From Octopus sinensis (taxonomy: Eukaryota): a stretch of 64,000 bases of DNA. The notes under the pieces were generated by a model. The model was not told the origin of the DNA, did no database searches, and worked only from the letters and a program-made list of their open reading frames with translations. This document shows positions 54,233-64,000 of this stretch, one piece after another. The stretch lies in NCBI RefSeq assembly GCF_006345805.1, contig NC_043008.1, forward strand, positions 2,604,001 through 2,668,000, read 5' to 3'. Within the stretch, counting starts at the first letter, position 1, and every line of letters begins with the position of its first letter. The position numbers and the translations under genes were made by a program.

Positions 54233-54994
54233 CTTATGTTTATGTGTATGCTTGAAAAATGTCATCCCGCAATTTGATGTACGCAACCATAAGCACACAT
54301 TCATACTTGATTAACATCACTGCCTTCATTTAGAGCTAAACACACACTCACGAATATTTACATCTCCCTCTATGATTAACATGAACGCGTATACGCATTC
54401 AAACGCTCCTTTAGATAAAACACTCACACACACACACACCTATGAATCTACTCAATCTGAATGACTACAGGTAGAGTTACACAACATTCACAAATATGCA
54501 CAGAAGCGTGCATAATTAAAAAGAATGCTTAGAAACTGTTAAAAAAACGGTTCACATATGCATAAATATATCGAGACGCCACATGCTTGCCTCAGATTGA
54601 CGCAGAGATCCACACATCTACACGCACACACGTACACCCATACACATAGACACACACATTTACTTATACCGTCACACCATTCTTTTAAAGAAATCATTGT
54701 AAACATAGAGGCCAACCTTAAACATGCTAACATATTATCATGCATTTGCTGATGTGTTATGTGCGCATCCTATACACGTATAGACACACAGCTTCAGGTA
54801 GGATTGAGGAAGTTAGAACGATAAAGATTGGTCGATGCTAAAAGGCTTAGGAAAATCTGATTTTGAAGTAATTTTCTTCAACCTGGTGTAAATAGACCTT
54901 AATTAATGTGAACATTACCTTTTTAATTTTCTTCTCCATGCCATTGTTGCTATGCACCGCAGCTAACTATCAACTTTTCTCTTTAAGATATTTG

Positions 54995-56580
54995 ATGCTT
55001 TATAGTTTAATGATGACGACAACGACGCTGATGGCCATGATGATGATTATAATGATGATGGTGGTGGTGGTGGTGGTGTCGTTGTTGTTGTTGGTGGTGG
55101 TGATGATGATGATGATTACCATCGTTGTCATCCTTGTCTTGTCATTGTAGGAGATGAATATCGACGTTGATGACGACCGCCACGAGGTACTTGAATCCTT
55201 TGAATTATGATGATGTTGGATAACATTAATGATTCTCGCTACAATTAAGGCTACGTTCATTTTTTTCTCTTTTTTCTGCTGGTATCGATGCTACTTTTGT
55301 TGTTCATACCATTGTTGGTGTTGCTGTCATTGCAGATATATTTGTTTTATTTTTTTTACTAATTTTATTTTAGTTTTATTCTCCTGTTTTTGGGGGTTTT
55401 TTTTTTTCTTTTTGAATGCATGAATTTTTTTTCCACCTAAATTCACCAGATTCGGAATTGAAATAATAAAAGTATTACATACAATACTAAAAATAGTTTA
55501 TTTAAAATATTAATAATAATATTAGAAAAGCCGAGGACAATAATAATAATACTAATAATGAGGAATGGATGAAGGGAAATAATTGTTGCAGTAGTAATTA
55601 TATTAATAAAAATACTGGAAGTAGTGATCTTGATGATAGAGAGTAAGGGGAAGAGAAGGAGGGGCACTAGAAGGAGGAAGGGCTGTGGAGAGGGGGGGTT
55701 GCAAAAAATATCCAATAATTAATAATGAGGAAGGAGATGAAAAAAGGAAAAATAAAAGGAAATGTGAAAGGAAAAGAAGAAAAGAAGACGAAGAACAACA
55801 GCAACAAGCAGAGAAAGAAGAAGATGAAGAAGAAGAAGGAGAAGAAGAGAAAGAAGAAGAAAAAGAAGAAGAAGAAGAAGAGAAAGAAGAAGAAGATAAG
55901 AAGAAAAATAAAAAGAAGAAGAAGAAGAGGAAGTTGATGATAATGATGATGATGAAGAAGTAGGAAAAATACTTCTTGCATTGGCACCAAGGACGCAACA
56001 TTCTTTGGAAAGTACACATGCGTACCCCAAAAATAAATAATTAAAGAATTTTATAAAGCAATGGCGGATTTTCGTCGTGTAAAGTGTTGCGATCAACATT
56101 AACAACAAGGGGAAAATAGCAACAAACAATTCGCAATAACTGTTAAAGAAGTGAAAACTTAATTATAAAATATAATATGAATATTCATGATGATGATGAT
56201 GATGAAGAGGAGGAGGAGGAGTAGGATATTCATGATGATATTGATAACAATAACAATTCATATATGATTAATGGCGTATCTGATGATAATGCTGCGCTGA
56301 CCTACTGATGACGATGGCGATGATGATGACGACGACGACGACGACGTAGATGGTTATCATTAATAAATATTCCGGGTAGAAGTAGTAGTAATAGGTGTAG
56401 TAGTAGCAGCAGCAGTGGTCGTGTTGGTGGTGTTGGTGGTAGTAGCACTGCAGCAGAAGCAGCGGCAGCAGCGGCAGCAGCGGCAGCAGCGGCAGCAGCG
56501 GCAGCAGCGGCAGCAGCAGCAGTAGTAGTAGTACTAGTAGAAGTAGTAGCAGTATTGGTAATAGCGGCAGCAGCAACTCA
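54995..56580. repeat. Cluster of trinucleotide microsatellites (ATG, GTG, GTT, AAT, AAG, GAG, GAC, GTA, GCA)
   Basis: Directly visible; includes (GCAGCGGCA)x6 at 56459-56512. Confidence 0.92.
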
Positions 56581-56871
56581 GTTACTGTGTCACCCACTTG
56601 TAGGTTAATGGTATTCAAAGAAACATTAGCGTTGGAACTTAATGCTGCATCAGTGAGAACTGAGCCCTTACCCGATTGGTACCTTACGTTCAACTAAATA
56701 TATTGGGTGACTATAATTTCAGTGATTTGCCCCAGAAAATAAAACGATTACGGTAGCACACACACACATGCGCACTTAACGTAAATATTTAGATATAAGC
56801 AAATGCACACATTTATGTAGAATATCGTCCAGGAGCACAGAGAAAATTAACATGTTATGCATATGTGCGTG

Positions 56872-57077
56872 TATATATAATATATATATATAATATATAT
56901 ATATTATATATATATATATATATAATATATATATATATACATATAATATATATGTATATATAATATGTATATATAATATATATATATAAAATACATATAT
57001 ATATATATATTTAATATATTATATATATATATTATATATATATATATAATATATATACACACATATATATATATATA

Positions 57078-57117
<40 letters not shown>

Positions 57118-57121
57118 CTAC

Positions 57122-57167
<46 letters not shown>

Positions 57168-57204
57168 CTATATATCTATATAATATATATATTTATCATA
57201 TATA

Positions 57205-57252
<48 letters not shown>

Positions 57253-57268
57253 ATATATATATATATAC
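56872..57268. repeat. ~400-bp interrupted (TA)n tract
   Basis: Directly visible. Confidence 0.95.
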
Positions 57269-58074
57269 ACTCACACATTATACCATGCATATACATAAAT
57301 CTTTCTTTAAGTATATATACATGTATGTGCGAGCAATAATGTCGGCATTACTACAGCTGCTTTCCATTCGTGATTTACTTTACTTCTTGAATGCTACTGC
57401 GTAGGACATAAGAATATGCGTTTTCATCTATTTCCTTATGTTTTACTATAGCGAATCACTCCGGTTCGAGATTATTTAAATACATAAGCCACAATAATGC
57501 CGAAATATTGGTTTCTATTCTACTTGGTGAATGCAAGACGTGAGATCTCGACCTGACTTTGTCCTGCAAGTCCCCTTTGATGCTCGGTGTTCCATTCCAA
57601 GCTTCCCCGGTGTTCCATTCCAAGCAATTCGCAATATAAGCATATAAGCAAAAGACATAAATATGTACCTACATATGTATGTATGCATGTATAGTAATGT
57701 TAATAAGCCAATCAATATACAAATATCCTTAATGTATCGCTATGCGCGTTTCCACATATCTCATATTTTCTATGATGATAATGTGCATTCCTGTGAGGGT
57801 TTCAATACAATTTTCAAAATCCTCGGACATCTTTACCTTTGTTATACTTATCTTGTGTCATACCGATACAGCTCTTTGTACATGGAATCTACGCTAAAAA
57901 TGTTTTCTGGATATGTAAGTTAAGGGAGAGAGAGTCAGAAGGAGAGATAGAAGGACTGGTAAAGAGTAATAATAATTCATCAGAGTAGAGAAGTAATAAC
58001 AAATTATTAGGAATGATCGTATATATCTGTCGTGCAGACGCGGAACATCAGGGAAGTAATGAAATATCAGTTTT

Positions 58075-58330
58075 AGTAGTATTTGTTTGTTTCTTTGACG
58101 TGGACAAGATATCTCAAGAACCGCTGGATGGATTCGGATGAATCTTCCAGGGATGTTTGGCCTCATAACTGGCACGAAATAATTATAGTTTGTAATTGAT
58201 CCGCTACCGACAAGGATTCTAGATTATTTATTATATTTACTTTACGTGAACTATTTAGATTTTATGTTAGCTTTCAGGTCTTTCTCTGATTGTCTCCCTT
58301 GTTTTCCACGTGAATTATGGCGGCGTTGCT
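58075..58330 (+). mobile_element. Possible Helitron/Helentron-derived non-autonomous element fragment
   Basis: tttgtttgt...gatatctcaagaaccgctggatggattcggatgaatc resembles the internal motif of DINE/HINE-type elements and 43115-43195; termini not found. Confidence 0.35.
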
Positions 58331-58489
58331 GTTACCAACGTTTCATTTTCGGTTTGATATTATTAATCTTAGATGCGTCTCTATATTAGTAGAAACTGAT
58401 GGATAAATAAATGAAACTACCTAAACAAACGGCCTCAAAACCGTCCAGAAATTAAATAACACTAACGGATTCAGTAACAATAATAAACT

Positions 58490-58790
58490 TGATTGATCCT
58501 CGACAATTTTTATTTTTACCAATTTTGAATACATCGCTTCAGTTGAAAACGTCTTACCTACTCGGCAATTGCATTCATAGCTTTGCATTGGAGGAAGTTT
58601 TACTTCTATGGCTCACGCTTTTGTGCGAATCGATGTTGTTGAACCTCTCTGTTAACAACACTGTATACAGTTCCTTTCTGTTTTCTTTTATGCACGGAAA
58701 CATTATTCACTATAGGCCCTGATGATCGTAAAGACGCTATATCAGTGGATAGACTAAAAAAGGGATTCATAGAGAAAAACGGTCTTTGTC
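58490..58790 (+). mobile_element. Gypsy/Ty3 integrase C-terminal remnant
   Basis: LPTRQ...SMAHAFVRIDVVEPL...DAISVDRLK (cf. HVFVR.D....PL..PY.GP...VSIDRLKP). Confidence 0.65.
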
Positions 58791-61700
58791 TCCTTGCAGA
58801 CGACACACACACGCAGCATTAGAAACACGGCTCGCATACCCACCTTCACAATCCATGACGACCATTGGAATCGATCAGGTACCGGACAAGGACTAAGGAT
58901 TATTTTTCCGATTCTTTTTTCCCTTTTGAGAGCTGTCGGGATCATTTTTAGTATTCTCATTTCTGAGTGCAGTCGCATTTATTTCAGATATCCTTATTTT
59001 TGAAATCAACTCCGACTAATGGTTGACAAGTCATTGGTCTTGACTTGGCGGTGGTTTGTGCTCTGAGTGATCTTGTATGTATCATAATAGTGTGTTTTGA
59101 CGAGATTATTAGAAACAACTATGAAGAACGTGTCATGACAAACCCTTTTTCATATCTAATAATAACTTTCTTAATAAAATTTCAATTTGATGTTGTCTCC
59201 CATCTTATTGTAAAGAAGGTGAGACATTTAAATAAAAAGAAAAATCTTCTTGACTGCCCAATATGTTGAGATATGTTCCATCTAGAAACACCGTTTTTCT
59301 TCTGAAAACTGTAGGTTTGATATTTACATTACATGGAATCCCACTTCAGAATTTCTAAAGCTCATTTTGCTCTTTTCTCTTTTACTTTTCCTCCTTTTCT
59401 ATACTCCAATCTAAGATGTTCTTTTCGGCGTACCTTGAATCGATAGATTTTCTTCTATTACCATTATTGTCGTTTTAATTTTCATTGCTTGCATCCGCCT
59501 TTCGTGCTTGTTAGTTTGTCTTCCAGATTTCTACACATTTAACCACATTTTGATTTGTTAAGTATAAGAATCGTTTGCTTGCTACTTTTCAACTTCAGCG
59601 TCATATTTTTTATATTTTAAATAAGGTGAATTTTACATTCTTTCAAACTATTTGTTTTGAAAATACTTTGCAGAATCTAGGAAAATTGAGTGAAAATTCA
59701 AAAATAACCAAAACATTATTTTCCCGATCTTACGAAAATCAAATGCTGCTGAAAAAGATGGCATTATGTTACAGTTTGATGTTTTTGATGATGTTTCTAT
59801 CAATCCATTGTTAAATGTGCGAATATTTCAGAAAATGATTTGCGCTTCCCCAACAATTCTCTCATTTATCTGTAAAGGAAATAACAGAAATTTTGATTAA
59901 CAAATTTTCTATGAATAAATGGAATTCAAAATGAAAATGTTATGTCTTTCGATGAATGTATATCATTTCATATACTCTTGTATTTCAATATAAATGTACA
60001 CTCATCTGCAAAATAATACAATTTGAATTGATTTCATTTTAAAGCATTTTGCGTCTTGCTAAAATTAAATATGACTCTTTTGGTTCCCAGCCTTCCTTTT
60101 GAAATAAGATTGATCTTGGATAAATTTAGTAACGCAATCAACTGCAGATGTTGTTTTGGCTGAATGTGATGTTGTTAACAATAAAGTACAATCAAAAATT
60201 GATGACGCAAATTATTGTTGTTGATCTTTGCAATAATAACAATTGGAAATGATATACTTTAATGATGGTCAATAATTAGTCTGGTTAAGAAATATTTCGA
60301 TCTGCAATTAATTGAACTTATAAAATGTTTTTTTATTCCAGACAAACATCCCAATCCAGAAATGAATGCTTCACTAGAAACTCGATGGTAGCCGTCAGGC
60401 CAATCAATATATGTCGCATAATAATGTGATTCTTCTAAAATATCTTAAAGTGGAGGATAATGATTAATTATTTAAAGGAATGCTAGAATAGATAACTTGA
60501 AATTTACAATCAGTTTTGTCACTTAGGTGCTCTTTTGCTTAACATGTTTACGATATGAGAAAAGGTCACTTGAATTTTCATCTGTAGCAGACATAATATG
60601 GCGCTGCATCGTAATGGCCAGCTTGAAACTGTGCTTAGAAAGTTTACGTAGAAGTGAAGCAATTGCGATCATTGTAGAAAACAAATTTGTTTTTATGTAT
60701 AAAATTCCAACAGACACCAGTCCCCTTTAGGAAAAGAATATGACAAAAATATTGTAACGAGCAGGAAAAAATGGATTTGTAATTGTGTTAATGAAGATGT
60801 GTTTCAATCTCTATAAACGTTTGATGCATTCAACACATTTTTTGATTTTGCAAGTAGAAGTATCACTGAAAAGATGACATCATTGAATGAATGTTCACCA
60901 CTTTGACAGAAGCAAGCTCTGCTTCCCATTTCAATTTTGAATCCATAACTGAAGTGCACTCTCCATCAAAATATTATCTCCTCTCAAATGTTGTTTTCGA
61001 CACCAGGAATGAGAACATTTATGCATTGATGTAGCCTCTGGTAAAATAATGATACGGCCAGACGCTTGAATATGACGGAGATTACTGAAAAAAAGAACAG
61101 TTACCCTGTACATTTGTCCTTTTTTCTAGTTTAATTTCGCAGCATTTATCGAAGTTTAGGGAACATATTTCCTAAGTAATGCACTTTGATATACAAATTA
61201 AATTGTGAGGAAGAGTAAAAGAGAGACAGACAGACAGACAGACAGACAAGCAGGCAGGCAGAGACAGATACAGACAGGCAGATAGGCAGGCATGGACAGA
61301 TAGAGAGAGAAGAGGGACAAAGTCAGAGATCTCTGAAGAAATTATAATTAACATGATTATATGTCAATATGAATATTTCTTTGTTCAGGAAAATTTCTAT
61401 TTTGACTTTTTTTCATTACTTGTTTCCAGATCTTATGAAAGGATGTACATTATATTTTGAGAGGAATACAACTTATATATTCAAGGTTGTTGATTTCTAG
61501 TGAAGAAAATAATAAATCATTAAAGAGAATAATATTAATGAATGAGAAAATACAAGGGAACCAGGATGTACCTTTTCTTTATGCTTTCGGTTTTCATCGG
61601 ATGTTGATTTCCTGTTAAATGAAAAGATCTCTCCGAGATTTTCACAAGCTTAAATGTGAAAATTATTTATTGAACAATTTCAGTGCAAACAGATTACACC

Positions 61701-62334
61701 ATGATCATAATTACAATCTTCACGATTATTAACAGGCTTACACATTTCATAGGATGAAAAGAAAATGGCGTACTGCAATTTTACTATCAGACCCACTCCG
61801 ATAACAGAAATATACTCACATACACGAGGGCGCACATACATAAAAACAAAAACGCACGCACAAACGTGTGTATAAATATATGAGTGTGTGTGTCATCATG
61901 TGCACACTGATATTCGAAAGAGTAAATGTATGAGTTTCTATGGAAACGAGCACACATGTTTACAAAATAAATGTTGTAATACATCCCATCTCCGCTTCTA
62001 TTTTACTCTATACAATGTTATCTATGCAAATAAATTAATTTCGTTCAGGCAATTTTCGATTATAAGAAATATTAAATATCAGAGGTAATCTACTTTTCGA
62101 ATGGAATTATGCAAGACCATAGCCTGGAAGGAATACCTTCTAAATGGCTGTCAGATGGAATACTATAACTATACAAATGAATCCTTTGAATTTAATTAAA
62201 TTCTATATTTTTATGCAGCTAAAGATTGCTCTACATTTTAAAACTGATGTAATATTTGCATTGTACGATTAAACGGAGTCGCATGAAACGATCGAACTGC
62301 ATTACCTCTGAATATCCTTGTTGCTTATTTTGAT

Positions 62335-62410
<76 letters not shown>

Positions 62411-63299
62411 ACGACACAAGACGTTAGCAAATTTTTGAAATAATTCTCTTTGTAGAATAATGTTATCGAAGCAGATCCGATACAGAAGAAATGGAAGGCT
62501 ACCTTCAAATATTTTTGCCCGGTTTTCATTCTATTGCTTACTTATGCTGAACCGCTAGGTTACAGAGAACAACTACAGTCAGAATGAGACACACAGAAAT
62601 ATAAATATACACACGACCCGCATGTTTGTGTATTTATACGAGCTGCAATTGTATATATTTGAATTTACGAAAGTAAACACTAAACGCGTTTCATCATTAA
62701 ATCTAATTCATTGTTTCAATCTTCATTTTTTTAAAGTTTTTCTACATTTACCATTATTAATTATTTACTTTTCTCTTGGAGTGAAACAAGAACTGAATAG
62801 TTACGTTTGGCGGTAAATCAAAAGTGTTGATAACAAATTACAGGAAAGCAGATCAGTATTTTGCCAGTTTTCCTAATTGAAACTAATCAACAGACAATAA
62901 TATTTGTGTTTAGATGTAAATCATTCCAAATTATGTATGTGTATGTGTGCGTACATGTGTGTGTGCTTGAATGCGCTCATACATACGCACACATATATTT
63001 TGCCAATTATTTATATATATATGCGCATATATATTTGTAGGTGAGAGAAGTAAAAGACAGTTAGTGTGGTGTTGATAGTGGCAGAGGTTGATTCATGCAT
63101 TCATTATCATAGTTTTTTTTTAAATCCCTCTCGTGGTAAAAACATACGCCCGCGAACGCGCTCCTTCTCACACGCAAGTGCATTTACCTAAATACGCACA
63201 CACGTATACGCTTGCTTTCTCTGTTAGACTCCTGGTAAATTTACGGAGTAACTAAAGTGCAGTTTAGAATGTTTCGAAATTGTTGCTCCAACTGTAACT

Positions 63300-63440
63300 C
63301 TGTCTTTACATTCTGATTTTGAATTTGCCTTTCATCCTTTCGGGTCGATAAATTAAGTACCAGTTGCGTACTAAGGTCAATTTAATCGACTGCCCTCCTC
63401 CCCCAAAATTTCGGGCCTTGTGTCTAGAGTAGAAAAGAAT
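63300..63440 (+). mobile_element. SINE family B core plus tail
   Basis: tttgcctttcatcctttcgggtcgataaattaagtaccagttgcgtact...aaatttcgggccttgtgtc. Confidence 0.8.
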
Positions 63441-63487
63441 ATGCGTATGGCGGGAATGGCACTATTAATGGATATTTATATATAATG

Positions 63488-63572
63488 ACACAGGACCAGA
63501 AATTTCGAAGGTTGTTTAAATTGATAACATCAACCCCCGTGCTCAACTGGTACTTATTTTATTGACCCTGAG
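63488..63572 (-). mobile_element. SINE family B core plus tail, inverted
   Basis: revcomp cagggtcaataaaataagtaccagttgagcacgggggttgatg...cgaaatttctggtcctgtgtc. Confidence 0.7.
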
Positions 63573-64000
63573 AGGAGAGAAAATAGTATTACAGCGAAGG
63601 GGCGGTACAAAGAGTAATAGCTATAACTGAGAGAGTGAGAGAAAGTAATAACCGTCTGGGAAAGAAGAACACGGAGTGTATCTTCTGTTCTCAACATATA
63701 AATGAGAAGAATTGGAAAAGTACAACTTTGAAAGACAAAAACTGACACAATTCCAATTCTGTTTGAGTGTATATGTGTGCTTGAGAAGTATGTGAATGCC
63801 TACTTCATTTTCTACCTTGTTTAAGTAACAATTAGACATTAATTATAAACGGCTCGGGGTCAACTAATAAATAAATATCTAGAAATATCAAAACGGTAGT
63901 AAGATAATTAAATGAATTAAATATAAAAATCGGCCGTCTCACAATTACAGATGGACCAAAATTAATATACTCACAATATCTAAGAAATTAAATTATAAAT

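Noticed and set aside
55443-56693. Long ORFs (poly-K/E/S/L; YQSGKGSVLTDAALSS...)
   Set aside because: Dominated by trinucleotide repeats; no domain recognised.
57585-57625. CRISPR-like repeat-spacer
   Set aside because: Only two repeats with a 5-nt spacer, in a eukaryotic context with no cas genes; no CRISPR array anywhere in the window.
58719-58760. CTGATGA-tcgt-aaag-acg as a hammerhead
   Set aside because: No GAAA after the stem; the sequence lies within the Gypsy integrase remnant.
60523-61113. Short ORFs and a good minus-strand acceptor near 61090
   Set aside because: No recognisable motifs, no convincing donor, no partner exons.

Overview
AT-rich, microsatellite-saturated eukaryotic (animal) DNA, not prokaryotic. 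The SINE families and the extreme (TA)n/(CA)n/(TAA)n/(GATA)n density resemble octopus/coleoid cephalopod genomes; this is inference from recalled repeat sequences, not a database match. No host protein-coding gene, tRNA/rRNA gene or CRISPR array can be supported. Nearly all ORF-track entries are translated microsatellites. The window is a transposon graveyard. It holds a near-intact CR1-group LINE 3' half (1-1837) and a second 3' fragment, at least four mariner transposase remnants, degenerate hAT, RTE, REL-endonuclease LINE, Gypsy and Penelope (GIY-YIG) remnants, a canonical non-autonomous Helitron (43093-43477), several tRNA-derived SINE families and a 516-bp tandem duplication. The most interesting locus is 20.3-21.7 kb. 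A tRNA-headed short element there carries a minimal hammerhead-ribozyme motif in its tail (two copies, one with an intact catalytic core). One copy forms a fold-back insertion flanked by a 9-bp direct repeat, and a third hammerhead-like motif from a different repeat lies between the two copies. This suggests a tRNA/Penelope-pLTR chimeric, ribozyme-bearing SINE system.
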